Positions 15,081 to 28,634 of a DNA stretch of 64,000 nt are shown here, one piece after another; position 1 is the stretch's first letter; each line of letters begins with the position of its first letter. The translations under genes and the position numbers were made by a program. The DNA is from the human T2T-CHM13v2.0 reference genome, Homo sapiens, in the NCBI RefSeq assembly GCF_009914755.1, contig NC_060933.1. One strand, 5' to 3'. A model generated the notes under the pieces. It did no database searches. It saw nothing but the letters and a program-made list of their open reading frames with translations, and was not told the origin of the DNA.

Positions 15081-16959
15081 CTGAGGACTGAAGTTACCAT
15101 GCAAATTCATAAAAGGTGGTAACATTTAATTAAAAAAAATCCTTGGGAATACTTAAGTATATTGTACACTTGTGAGTTCAAAGCCTTTTTGGTAAAATCT
15201 TGTATAATTCTAGTTTGTGCTTTTCTGAAAAGGCAGGACATCTCTTCTGTGGCTGTATTGTTCCTACAGGTAGACGGTTAGCCACCATTATCTGGCTATA
15301 ATGAGATGACATACCATGTTTCTTATAGAAATAATCCAGGTAAAATGAGTCAGTGGCTATCTCTAAGAAGCTTATTCACTATGGAGACCAGATCCTTATT
15401 GTTAACCGATCATCAGCCTTGGCCATGATACATCAATTATCAGATGTAAAGTCAACTTTCACCCTTTTGTTCAAGATGATGACATCTTGGTCTTAAATCA
15501 TAATCATCATAACAATAATTACATGATGAGAGTAATGATGAGTAGCTAACAATAGAATAAAAATTGGATGAAATTAATGTTGTTTTTATTTTGAATTACA
15601 ACCAAATCTGCAAATAAGCAAAGCAAAGGACAGGCAAGAGTTCAAGGTTATAAGTCAATGGATGCGGTTCTAGGATGACACACTCTAGCTAATGTTTTCA
15701 CAGAGGCAAGCCCAATTACTGAAGGTCTCATGAGCCAGTGTGGAGGGAGGAACCTGTAAATTCATGAGAGCTCAGAGACCCTGGCTTGCCATTTTCTTGA
15801 ATATTACACTGGAAAACTGTCACATCAGCAATCAAGTATTTACCAAATTAAAAAGTCTTAGAGGTAAAACTTGAATTAGCTTTTAGGAAAAAGCAAACTG
15901 GGGCCTGTGACAAAGTTGGATTACAGTCTACCCAGTGCAAATGAACAAAACAACAGAAGAATGAACACAAGGTTATAGTGATAACATTGAGTAAGGTCTT
16001 CATTGGTGCCAAGAATTGTGTGGTAAAACCAATACTAATCTGCCACCTGAAAAGGGAGGAGTCTTGTTCAAAGGCAAATTCTGATTCAGTAAGTCTTCAA
16101 GATGAGGTTGATCTGTTCTGGTCAGAGTACAGACTTTGAGTAGTGAGGGGCTAAATGCTTAACATGGTGAATTAGAGTAACATAAGTTTAGAGCAAATTA
16201 TGGAGGATCCCGAGGATCAGATCAAAGAGTTTGATTTGTAAATGTAGACAGTGGAGCAGTTATCGATGGATTTAGATGAACTGCCATGAAATATATTATA
16301 ATTTTAGGACTAATCATAAAATAGTCAGCAAAGACATCAGGAAGGCAGGGATGATTTTCTGAGAAGTTTGAGACTTGATAGGATTTGGAGACATATAAAA
16401 TATGTTTGAAGCAAAGGAGATAGTCAATAAAAAATTCCAAAGTTGTGACACAAGATGAAGTGAAAGATATTTCTGTTACAAAAATTGGTAAGTGAACAGA
16501 GTTGGTGGATGGTGAAAAATGATGAATGAAAATGCTGGTACATTACATCTAGAGATATGCTAATATCACTAATAATATTGGAAGAAAATAAAGGAAAGTC
16601 CAGCGTTTGGCTGAGAGACAATAAATATGTGCATACTAAAATAGGGTGAGAAGTTTGAGAAAAAAATTAAGTGTTAAATTTTTGAAAGGGTGTCATGAGC
16701 TGCAGAGTGAAAGAATAAAGGAAATGAATGGCAACGAGAACTTCCATTCAGAAAATGATATGAAACTTCTAAAGCAACATGTAAACATTGCAGGGTAGAT
16801 GGTAAACAATATTCAGTTGAGGTCTTATTCATAAAACCTTAGCTAGAGTGTGTCATTTATGCTACTTATATAATTGTAATTCAACATGCTTCTGCATTTA
16901 CTATTCTCATGACTCAGTTTACTGCTGTAACTAGGACCAGCACTTTGGTGATTCTTAGG

Positions 16960-16990
16960 GGTGTGTGTGTGTGTGTATGTGTGTGTGTGT
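16960..16990. repeat. (GT)n microsatellite
   Basis: Directly visible. Confidence 0.9.
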
Positions 16991-17149
16991 ATGATGTATT
17001 TCTTTTAAAGTTAAATATGTCCTACTCACATTTAATTCTGAGAGGATTCTGACTATGTAGTGACTCCAGTGAGTGTTTTGATGCTAGACAGAGGCTGGAT
17101 CTCATAAAAATTTTTTTATTCCTTGTACTGAATTATTTGGTAATAGTAC

Positions 17150-17585
17150 TGTGTCAGAAACTCCTTGTTGTCTCTCAGTATATATTCCCTTCTTTTCCCA
17201 TAGCATTATATTTTTATTTACATGAATGTTCATTTAAAAACTACTTTCCCCAGCTTCTTTCAGGCCTAGGCATGGTCATACAACTAAGTAAAAGTGGTTT
17301 TACAAAAAATCATTAAAGAAAAATATAGTTGTGTCTCCCATTACAATTTCTTTCTATATCTACTGATTGAGACAAGAACCTGGTGGTAAACCATCTTGGA
17401 CTAAATGGAACATGAGGGTGGCATGGTGGGAGAGCAGAGCAATAAGAGGGTATGAACCTGGTTCCCCAACATTCTCGAGTTGCCGATTACTGACACACTC
17501 ACACTCTTTAATGGAAGAGAAATGCATTTATATCTTATATTTAGGGCTTTGGTACAGCAATCAAACTTGTGTACTCACGAGTACA
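17150..17585 (+). mobile_element. Old MaLR LTR (MLT1J/K-like)
   Basis: ttccccagcttc..ggcatggtcat..actaag, ccatcttgga, TG..CA ends. Confidence 0.6.
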
Positions 17586-18980
17586 GGTAACTTAGAGAAA
17601 GGTATTCTCAAAAAGCTAATGCATCTCTAGACCTTCTGTAAGCAGAGGCCCTCTCATCTTATTTCAGTGGTAAGTTAACCATTGGAGTGTTCTTCCATAT
17701 TTACCTTTGTCCCTAAACTCTCTATACCCATTCCTTCATCCATCCTTTTCAGTTCGGGAAACTGGACATCTAATTCTCTCCAAACTCTACACTTCCACAT
17801 ATACACTCAATTCCTTCCCTTTTTGATTCATTAAATGACATAACCTCACCTCTTTCTGTCCAGGGGATATTTAGAAAATATTGTATTAAATAGATACACA
17901 TTAATTTGTTTAAACAATTCCTCATGGTTGAACATTTGGGCTGTTTTCCCAGTTTTTTTGCCATTATAAACATTGTTAAAACATTCATCTCCATGTGCCA
18001 TGCTTACTCTCTGCTTTGTGTTCTTACTGATGCTGGTCTCTTACCCATAAAAAGTGTTTTCCTCTGTAATCTCCCATATTCAGTTAAAGCAGAGTAAGAT
18101 GCAAATCTGATCTAACTCCTTCATGACACCTGTCCATTTTCCTCTCCTATTGATATCTGTCTACCTGAATTTACATAGCCATTTTCCCTGCATATTTTGA
18201 CACTTAATTATATATGGCCTTCAATTGTTTACAATTTTCTGATGTTACTGGTGAAATTTACAAGACAAGGGATAGGTTTCTTACATGACCTCAGTTTTGC
18301 TCTACAACATAACATGATGATGAGCTTCATCCCCTGTTTGGAGAACTTCAGGTGTCCCCTGTGCAAGTTCTTTGTCTTTGTGAGTGTCAGAGTGTATGTG
18401 TGTCAGAGAGAGTTGGGGGTGCTAGGCAGAGAGGTTTAGAAATTTTGTTCTAGTTTTTTCTGTATGTAAGACTATCACTGCACCCAGTTCCTAGAATGAA
18501 TTTTCCAAGGATTACTTGTTAAATTAACTTTGGTCACCTCAACTGACATTTGAACAAGAACATTATGTGAATGACAAACATGATGTTCTTTTTAAAATGT
18601 CATGAGTTACAATCAGAAAGGGTGACAGAGGACAAAAATGGAGCAGTGAACAACAAAGAAACAAGGTGACGATCTGGAAGCAGAAATGCTTCAAATGAGA
18701 TAAATGGGCTGAAGTAAGCTATTCAGAATTAAGTCTATGATAAGAGACAAAGAACCAGGTCTTTCTTTTTACATAATTCTCGTTAGCAGTTGGACATATA
18801 AAGTGTTTGAATCTTAGGTCTTATCCACCTTTGCCACATACCAAAGGCCTAATTATTTATCTTTCACAGAACACAATTTGTGAAATGAAGGTGGTATTTA
18901 CTGTCCTGCCTATATCAATGTGGTTTTAAATATCCAGTTACGTAACAAACGCACTTCAAAAACTATAAAATCTGCAAATC

Positions 18981-19882
18981 TGTGGCAGGTGGCATTTTCC
19001 AAAGATGGCTGCAGCATCTTCATCCCACGTGACCTTTGGCAGTGTGACCTTGTGTCTTACTCTGTTCAGGCTGCTATAACAAACTATCATAAACTGGGAC
19101 TGGGAGGAGGGGGGCTTATAAACAACCTGTGTTTATCTCTCACAGTTCTGGAGGCTGAGAAGCACAAGATCAAGGTATTGATACATTAGGTGTCTGGTGA
19201 GGGTTCACTTCCTGGTTTGTAGATAACCGTCTTCTTCCTGTGTCCTCACATAATGGAAGAGGCAAGGAAGCTTTCTTAAGTCTCTAAGGGCACCAATTCC
19301 ACTTACAAGGGTTCCACCCTCATGACCTAATCACCTCCCAAAACCCGATCTCATAACACCATCCTATTGGGCATTAGCATTTAACACAGGAACTCTGGGG
19401 GGACACAAGCATTCAGCCTACAGCACCTTGCTAGTCACCCGTCTTGCTATGTCACCCCTAGAATCTGGATGGACTTGTTGATACAAACAACAAAGTATGG
19501 CGGATGTGATGCTATGTGACTTTCAAGGCTAGGTCATGAGAGGCAATACAGACTCCACGTTGTTTTCTAGAATTCACTCATGAGGTCCCTGAGCTCCCAT
19601 GAACTAAGTTCAACTACCCCAGGTTGCCACACTTCGAGGAATCACTGGCCGCATGGACAGTCAGGGTAGAAGTGCTGACTAAAAATGCCTCTAGATGATA
19701 CCAGTGTCATCAGTCATTCTTGCCTTCTCAGCTGAGGCTCCAGACTTCATGAAGCAAAGACAAACCACACCCACTGCACCCAGTCCAAGTTCTTGACCCA
19801 TAGAGTCTTACACCATAATGAAATAGCTGTTTTATGACCTATAATTTGGGATGATGTGTTATGCAGCAAACATAACCAGATA
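18981..19882 (+). mobile_element. MLT1F-like LTR (split by MLT1A0)
   Basis: ttttccaaagatggctgc; gatgctatgtgactttcaaggctaggtcat; ttatgcagca end. Confidence 0.8.
19053..19425 (-). mobile_element. MLT1A0-like solo LTR
   Basis: Perfect 5-bp TSD ccttg (19048-52 / 19426-30); gttcaggctgctataacaaa ... cattcagcctacagca. Confidence 0.88.
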
Positions 19883-21169
19883 AAAAAAATCGAAGGTATG
19901 ATCATCATTACCATGATGATGATGATGAATTGACTTATTAGTGGACACACTAATACCAGTTGATTTAATCTCTGACAAAAAGGCAAAGTGAGTGAGTTGG
20001 AAGCTACAGTTAGGAATGAAAGGAAATTTGGTATCATCAGTGCTTTTTCAGAGGACTGAGAACGTCTGGGGACATTTAGTGTATAACAAATAAAAAACCC
20101 TTTTCCCTAGCATCAGCTGGGATTGTAAAACTCACCTAGATGCTCTGGCCTTGTTCTTCAATAATGAACCTTGGAGAGGGGCTGGCTGCTGCAATCCCCA
20201 AGTGCTCTTCTTGTGCCTCTGCCAGACCCATCATCCTGAGCCAGCACATACAAACTGTCGTCCTGATCCAGAGCAGCTGTCTAATTACAATTTTGTTATT
20301 ATTAATTACAGAGTAGAAAATCATTTGTAATTAGCTCAGCCTAAATCATAGTTTAAACAGCCAAAAATTACATTACAAACTAAAGTGTAATTAAAGCACT
20401 ACACTAAAGTGTTTATTTAAACCCAGTTTAGTTACTTGCAAATTTTTCAATCAGCTTCTCAGGCTCATACATAGATTTAATTAGTCTCCAGTACTGACAG
20501 TTTAGTGCATTTATTCATTAAGCATCAATATTGCTGAACAAATGTAAATAAAATATAGACAGAGATGCTTTAAAGGGGCAGTCACAGAAACATCTGGGCG
20601 AGATAATGAGGCTGGGAAAGATGTGAATGTTAATGAGACTCCCAAGCTGCTGGAGGAGCTCCAGCTCTTGGAAGCAAGGGATCTCAGTAACTGAGTAAAT
20701 TTGCAGTGTCAGTTTCTGCCTCAGGTTGACTGGAATGGTCCTGTGGGGTGGGGCGGAAGTCAATTTAATTCGCTTCTTGCCATTGCACTAGGGTCGATCT
20801 CAGGTGCCACTCGATAGAATTCTGGATGGAGATAAAAGAGAACATTCCTCTCTGCCAACCTTTGGGGCTCTACATGTCTTGTTAAGAGACAGAAGAGCTT
20901 ATAAAGGGATTTTCAGGGAGAAGCAGCTTGTTTCTTGAAAGGTTTAGCAAAAGCAATCTCTATGGTGATGAGTATCATGCACATTCCAAGGAGTAAATTT
21001 TCTCTTCAAGGACTATTGTTTGGAAAACTGTCCTTGTCACACATGCAAAAATGCCTGAACACACTTCTAAATGAGTTCCAGATTCTCAAAAGTACTCATC
21101 AGGCAGCCTCTACACTTGCATCAACAGGACTGCCATTTCTCAAAGCATTCTTTGTAGCTCTTTTTGAAG

Positions 21170-21865
21170 TGCCTTCAGAATCACTCTCATCACTTCTTGC
21201 TGGATTGCCTTAATAGCCTCCAAACACATCTTCCATTTTCCAGTCTTGTTTCCCTACCATCTTTTTCTCTTTTTTCATTCTCCTGGCAGAATTATCTCTC
21301 TAGAATGCAAGCCTCCTTATCTCGTTCCTCTGCCTACAACTTTTACATACTGTCTCACCCTCTCCAGTGATGGGAAGTGGAAACTTTTCTCAGGGAGGCC
21401 TTCTGTGATCTGGCCAGTCTCCACTTCCCTATCATCATCTCATTTCATTACTCTCTGTCTTGCGCCTTAACCCTTTAGGAGTCCCTGAGAAAACTGAGCT
21501 ATCTTTAACCTCCATGCCTCTTGTACGTGTGGCATCCTGATAAGTGAGCTGTTTTCCTTGCGTCATTTAAAATTCAGCTCTGGTAGTATCTTCTCTGGGA
21601 AGCCTTTCCTGATGTTCTGGTTTTGTTTCACAATTTAAGTTAATAGCTCCATGCTGTTATCATTTTTTAAATATCACTTCCACTATATACAGTAATCATC
21701 TAGGCCTATTGAGACCAATAAACTGTGACCTCTTTGGAGGCAGGGAGGTGGTAATCACATAATGACTTGGGAAAGTCATTATTCATTATACATATTAGTA
21801 TCCCCAGCACTCTCGTGGTCTTGCACATCTCAAGAGCTAAGTAAATATCTCATGAGTGAAACATG
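21170..21865 (+). mobile_element. L2 3' fragment
   Basis: aatagcctcc, ttctctgggaagccttttcctg and decayed 3' tail. Confidence 0.7.
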
Positions 21866-21964
21866 AAACTATTATTTTGGATAATATTGATGATTGCCAA
21901 CCTTTGCTTTTATATATTATATTATGTTATAATATTATTATATTGCCAACAATATTATTATAAT

Positions 21965-22082
21965 GCCAACTTACCTGCTTCATAGGCTCTCATTAGAACT
22001 AAAGAAGTTAATATATGTAAATATTTTAGGACAGTGTCTAGTATATAATAGATGCTACATACTAGTTTGCAAGTATTATTTT
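21965..22082 (+). mobile_element. MIR 3' fragment
   Basis: cataggctctcattagaactaaagaagttaatatatgtaaa..aggacagtgtctag. Confidence 0.65.
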
Positions 22083-24933
22083 TATATAATTAATATTTTC
22101 TTTTTTAACTGAGATCACATTTTATGTGGAAATTCAATATAATATAATGATAGTACTTGGAAAGGGAGCAATTTCATTGCAACAGAGTTAAAATGAATGA
22201 GTGTATCTTTACTCAGATGTTGATATTTGCCTAATTATTTTGGATCTCAGTTGTGTTTGCAATATTCATTTTTAAAGATGTGAAGCAGATAATACATCCA
22301 GCATATGCCTGACAATTCTACTGGAATAAGTACATATTTATCTTCAATATGTAAAAATGACCCTCTAAAACTGAAGAGAACCACGTAAATTCACTTAAAA
22401 CCAATGAAAGTATCCAGATTTTAGTTGCAAAGTATGAGATTATGTTTCCCTGAAAATAAACAGTCTACAAAAGCATTGAAATCTTTGGTATGCAATTATG
22501 AGACATTCAGTTTTGAGGACTTACTTGAATACATTTGACAAGTGAAGAAAGAGCTGATCTCATCTCCAATCATTCATCTTTTACTTTCTTACCATTTAAT
22601 ATTCATTTTATGGAACAATTTCTAGGACTATGTACTGATCTAGGTCTGGGAAAGTTTGTTCTGCTTAATTCAAGTTAAAGTGAATACTCTTAATGAGTTT
22701 ACTATTCGTATAGATTTGCTCTTTTCAGAATAAGTCTTTGCTATTGTGCCTAGGTTGAGGAATATCATTACTAATAATTCAATGGTTCTTGTTTCTCTAG
22801 TTGTTGTAAGAATGATGTGTTCATTACCTAACTTCACATCCTTCCTATAAAATCAGTGAGATAAATTTCTTTGTGATTTTGTGTTTTTCTGTTTATTCAG
22901 AAATGGTTTTGATTTCTCCTCTTTACAGATGGCTAGAAAATATAGAGTCAAATTCATGACCATCTTCTAGCAAAAGAACATTTTTCAATATGCAGTTCAT
23001 ATATTTATTGCTATTACCCATTTCTCTTTTGTTTTACTACATTATTCACGTTTTAAAAGATATTAATATTGAAATAATATACAGTATAACAATGTATTAT
23101 GTATTTATAAAACCACTTTACATAATGTTTCAGAATGAAGACAAGTATAAAAGAAAAAGGTAGAAGAAGGAAATGGGGTTGGGGAGAAATAAAGAGGAAA
23201 GACAGATAAAGGAGAGGAAAAGCTTTTAAGCATCTTGAAATTAGTCCAAGTATAGAGTCCCATATGTCCAGATGTCTTAGGAGCAAAGTGAATAAATTAT
23301 ATTTCTCCATAGGGCAGAGTACTATTAACAATAAGTAATACCTATATCTGTATATATGTGATCTCCTTTCCCCAGTCTTCACTCCTGGAAATGTCTGCAG
23401 GACATTTTGACTGTATTGTTATTGGAAGGAATCATTCAATGGAAGATTGAGTGATTGCCCCAAACTTGGGAATACCATAAAAGATCAAACTTGTTATTTA
23501 AATTCTTTCCCTTTTTTGGTTTTCTCTTCCTTTTATATTATCTGAAATGAATTCAGAGCCATTATAAAAGCCTGTAGCAGCATTCATCAAATCAGCCACT
23601 TCCACCAAAGTTCTTCACACCCTGACAGCAAATAGTTTGAAATTTCCAAGGTTATAAAAAAAGTATTTAAGAAAGAAAGCTATCCTTTGAATATGCATTT
23701 TTATTTTTCTTTATATTTTTATTTATATTACATTTTTATTTATATTATATTTCTTATAAATTTAAAGTAGAGAATTAAGAGTGGATTAATATAATATTAT
23801 CATTACAATGTCAGTTGAGAATACACAAATTAAGTCAGTAAATGGTCTGCAATTTTAACCCAGGAATTATGAAAGAAGCTCATCTTAAACATTGAGAGCT
23901 TTTGCCTCCAAAAATTTCTCTTCTTTCTACCCCTAAAATTCCTCAGAGAATAAAATTCATCACACCATAATTGGATATAAAGCTTATTAAACAAATACTG
24001 TAGAGAGAAAAACACTTTCTCTTAAATTCATGCTAACATAAACAAGATAAACATCACCCAGTCCCAAGACCAGAGTTAGGGGCTGAACTCTGAGACAGTA
24101 TGCCTCTGAGTAAAAATCCAAGTTATTTTCTAAGGTCTAATGGTAGAAGTTGGAGGTGCTCTTTCTTTTGCCCTTTTGGTAAGATGACATGCAGGGTAAG
24201 ACCTAAATCTACAGGTGCTCTAATGAGACAGAGATATCAGAGCCTGGCGTGCAGAGAAATGCCTCTTTGCTACATGGAACCACCCTCAGAATGTGTGAAG
24301 GTTCTGAGATTTACTGACAAGGGTATATTGGATCCAGTCTGATAGTTCTAGAAGTGGGCTTACTTTGGGGCCAGTTATAGGGGAAAAGGGCATTATATCA
24401 AAGATGGGACTTTCCATTGCCACTACTAATAACACATCTGGTTTTCTTCTCTGAGCACCTGGAGCAAGATGTGCCCTCAAAAGAGGAAATACTGAAGCTC
24501 CTCTCACTGGAAAAATCCCTGGCCCCTTCCTTCTAAGGATTTATGCCAGCAGACTGTCTTTCCAAAACACAGCTATGTTCATGTCCCTTCTCCAGTTAAA
24601 GTACTTTAATGGATAAACTTATTAAAAATACCTGGTTTCCTGAGTATACTATGGTTAATTTTGGAGACCTTGAGTCATTCCGTAGGGATCTATCTTCCTA
24701 CTTTGGTCCAGGTTATGTCTTTCCTTCTCTTTTTCATTAAGAACTTTATCCACAGCTGTTGTCCAGAACCCTGCTCCAATCTCAGTAGCAAACCCAAAAT
24801 GGCATGCAACTAGTGGCCTAACTTCAAGTTCCATCTGGACTTATGGACAGCCCCCCTTAGCCATGGACCCGTACTACCTTGGGCCTGCCTTTGAGTTCCC
24901 AGCATGACACTGTCTTCTCATTTTCTCTTCTCA

Positions 24934-25450
24934 TGTGGTGTGCAAAATGGTGTGCAGATCATCTGCTCGTTTGCTCTCAGATCCATTCCCCAACATCTCC
25001 CCACTCTACTTTGTATTGCAAACAACTGGGCCATGCTCACCTCATTTGCCAGACTCCATGGTCAACAGCTTCCATCTGGGATCCATTAATGTGAGAAGGA
25101 GGTAGGACATTGAAGGAAGGGATGAATGGGTATATGTAGTTCTCTTTCTCTGTTGCGGGTGGCTGCCATCTTTTTGTGATCAAAGCTCCCACTGGTACCT
25201 TCTTCTATAGTTCCTGTGCCCACTGGATGGCCTCAAATCATCAGCTCTGGTAGCCACATTTCCTCATGTTGTCTCTCCAGCCCTAGGGGTGGTAAGAGAC
25301 TTCTGCTGTTGCTATCCTGTCACTTGTCTCATCATAAGGCCTTCTCTCTGGGCCTCCCAGCTCTTTGGCAACTAGTCCCCAGTAGTAAAATCCCTCTCCT
25401 CAAATTCTTGTTGGGATGTATTATCTTTCTGAGTGGACTTCTATTGATAA
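24934..25450 (+). mobile_element. ERVL LTR (LTR33-like)
   Basis: ctctccagccctaggggtggtaa..cttctgctgttgcta motif. Confidence 0.7.
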
Positions 25451-27335
25451 TTTAATGTAGTTATCTCCAGTATTCTCCTCCTCCTGGTTATTCAAAACAA
25501 ACTTTTCTTAATGAGCAGTTTTTTAGGAAAATGAGTCTTAAGTTATTTCAGAATTAAGAATAAAATAATTCATTAACTTTTTCAGTTAAATGTTTAAAAG
25601 TTTGCTTAATATCTGCAGACAGTATGAAACACAAAATCCAAGGCCTACAGGATGGTAAACAAAAGTTGAAGGTATTTCTGGGCTTGCTGCTGATGGTGCT
25701 AGAAAATCAATCTCTTGTGAGGAAAAAGCTCCCAGCAATATAGATTGTTTGAACTACTTACCATTATGTCAAATTCACTTTAACATCTGCAAATAGACAT
25801 ACTGTATGAATACTGAGAGAAGCACTGTTTTCTGTGTTTGCACTTAAAGGCCTAACGTTGTATAGATTTTTATAATCAAGTAAGCTTTATAATTCGATAA
25901 CAAGCCCTTTATTTAACCCTTAAACACTTGATGTCTTGGGTCAATTCCTGTTTCATCTTCAAAAAAATTCACACATAATTCACTCTATCAAGACATAACT
26001 AAATATTTAGGAGGAACCTTTTATTTTGAATGTCAGTGTCTGCCCATTCTCAGTTCCCTGAAGATACACATCCCATTTCTCTTCCACTTCCAACGATGGT
26101 GATATCACAGCCAGACCTGTCAATGGGACTCCCAGAGAAAAACCTGCTTTCACAAGTCTTCAGTAAAGTATACCAGCTTCTTCAATACCAGCACAAGTTA
26201 GATACAAACCACATTTTCAAATTCTTAAAGCTCAGTAGTCATGAGTTTGGCTAGATATTCTGTGCTTACTGGTGAACGATGAGGATATTATTGGATGTGG
26301 GATGCAGGTATGTACCAGTTGGTAAGGTGCTGATGAAAAGGCCACAGGGCAAAGTTGCTTAGACCTCTTTCCTGGAAGTGTGTGTTTCTCCTCTGAATAT
26401 TTCACCATGGCCATGGACTCCTTGCTATTCTCCAGGCAATATTTCTGTATCCAGAGCCCATGCGTTTAATCATTTACTCATTCAAACAATTTCTCCGGCA
26501 CTAATAACCTGGAAAAAAAGGCCCACACTTTTCATGTTTTGATGCAGGGTTTTTTTTTTTTTTTTTTTAATAGTAGAAGCACTCTTTGTTATACATAAAA
26601 TCTTGCTGAGCCACCCTAAACTGCAGTGATGTAGTCATCACTCTTTATGGTCATGTGTTCAGGGCAGGCTTTCAACTACAATCACTCATGCACCAAACAA
26701 GAGGTGCCCATACCATATGATATGGTTAAGCAATGTGTCCCCACCCAAATCTCATCTTGAATTTTGATCTTCATAATCCCCACGTGTTGAGGGCGGGACC
26801 TGGTGGGAGGTGATTGAATCTTAGGGGTGGTTTCTCCCATGCTGTTCTCATGATACTGAGTAGCTCTCACGAGATCTGATGGTTTTATAAATGCTTGACA
26901 GTTCCTCCTACTACGCATTCTCTCACGTGCTGCCATGTAAAACATGCCTCTTCCTGTTCTGCCATGATTATAAGTTTCCTAAGGCCTTCCCAGCCATGCA
27001 GTACTGTGAGTCAATTAAACCACTTCCCTTTATAAATTACCCGGTCTCAAGTATTTCATTATAGCAATGCGTGAACAAACTAATACAGTAAATTGGTACT
27101 GAGGTAGTGGGGTATTGTTATAAGATACCTGAGAATGTGGAAGCAGCTTTGGAACTGGGTAATGGGCAGAGGATGGAACAGTTTGCAGGGCTCAGAAAAA
27201 GACAGGAAGACATGAGAAAGTTTAGAACTTCCTAGAGACTTGTTGAATGGCTTTGACCAAAATGCTGATAGTGATATGGACAATGAAGTCCAGATGAGGA
27301 CTAGATGGAGGTGGTCTCAGACGGAGATGAGGAAC

Positions 27336-27981
27336 TGTTACCAGAAAGCGGCCCCGATCTAGACCCCAAGACAGGGTTCTTGGATCTCACACAAGAAAGA
27401 ATTTGAGATGAATCCATAAAGTGAAAGCAAGTTTATTAAGAATGTAAAAGAATAAAGAATTGCCACTCCACAGGCACAGCAGTCCAAGGGCTGCTAGTTG
27501 CCCATTTTTATTGTTATTTAATGATTATATGCTGAACAGGGGGTGAATTATTCATGCCTCCCCTTTTCAGACCATATAGGGTAACTTCCTAATGTTGCCG
27601 TGGCATTTGTAAACTGTTAAACTACTTTAATGGATAAACTTATTTAAAATACTTGGTTTTCTGAGTATTCTACAGTTAATTTTGGAGACCCAGAGTCATT
27701 CCACAGGGTTCTCTCTTCCTATTCTGGTGCGAGTGTACTAGAGAGGACAACTAGAGGTCACTTTCATCACCATCTTGGATTTGGCAGGTTTTAGCCAGCT
27801 TCTGCACTGCAACCTATTTTTATCAGCAAGGTCTTTATGACCTATATCTTGTGCCAACCTCCTAGCTCATCCTGTGAGTTAGAATGCCTAACTATCTGGA
27901 ATTGCAGCCCAGTAGGTTTCAGCCTTATTTTACCCAGCTCCTATTCAAGATGAAGTTGCTCTGGTTCAAACTCCTCTGATA
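27336..27981 (-). mobile_element. MER41A solo LTR (ERV1) nested in MaLR-int
   Basis: agggttcttggatctcacacaagaaagaatt..gcaagtttattaag; lacks the GAS-bearing block of MER41B; TSD gaac/taac; host sequence gatgaggaac|ttcttgggaactgg rejoins. Confidence 0.88.
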
Positions 27982-28279
27982 TAACTTCTTGGGAACTGGA
28001 ATAAAGGTGATTCTTGCTATGTTTTAGCAAAGAGACTGGTGGCATTGTGCCCCCACCCTGGAGATCTGTGGAACTTTGAACTTGAGAGAGATAATTTAGG
28101 GTATCTGGTAGAAGAAATTTCTAACCAGCAAAGCATTCAAGAGGTGACAAAGCATAAAAGTTTGGAAAATTTGCAGCCTGACAAAGTGGTAGAAAAGAAA
28201 ATCCCATTTTCTGGGGAGAAATTCAAGCCAGCTGCAGAAATTTCCATAAGTAACAGGGATCCAAATATTGATCACCGAA

Positions 28280-28634
28280 TGATATGGTTTGTCTGTGTCC
28301 CCACCAAAATCTCAACTTGAATTGTATCTTCCAGAATTCCCATATGTTGTGGGAGGGACCCAAAGGGAGGTAATTAAATCATGGGGGCCAGTCTTTTCTG
28401 TGCTATTCTTGTGATAGTGAATAAGTCTTACAAGATCTGATGGGTTTTTTCAGGAGTTTCTGTTTTTGCTTCTTCCTCATTTTCTCTTGCTGCCACCATA
28501 TAAGAAGTGCTTTTTGCCTCCCGCCATGATTCTGAGGCCTCCCCAGCCCTGTAGAACTGTAAGTCAAATTAAACCTCTTTTTCTTCCCAGTCTCAGGTAT
28601 GTCTTTATCAGCAGCCTGAAAACAGACTAATACA
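28280..28634 (+). mobile_element. THE1A solo LTR nested in MaLR-int
   Basis: ctcaacttgaattgtatcttccagaattccc and ttttgcttcttcctcattttctcttgc match recalled THE1A; degenerate TSD ccgaa/ccaac. Confidence 0.88.

Noticed and set aside
21759-21782. 10-bp perfect hairpin ataatgactt-ggga-aagtcattat
   Set aside because: Short, AT-rich and within decayed L2; cannot be separated from chance without the consensus.
27520-27570. MER41 as a STAT1/interferon-inducible enhancer
   Set aside because: This copy reads attattcatgcctcccc and lacks the tandem GAS block known from MER41B.
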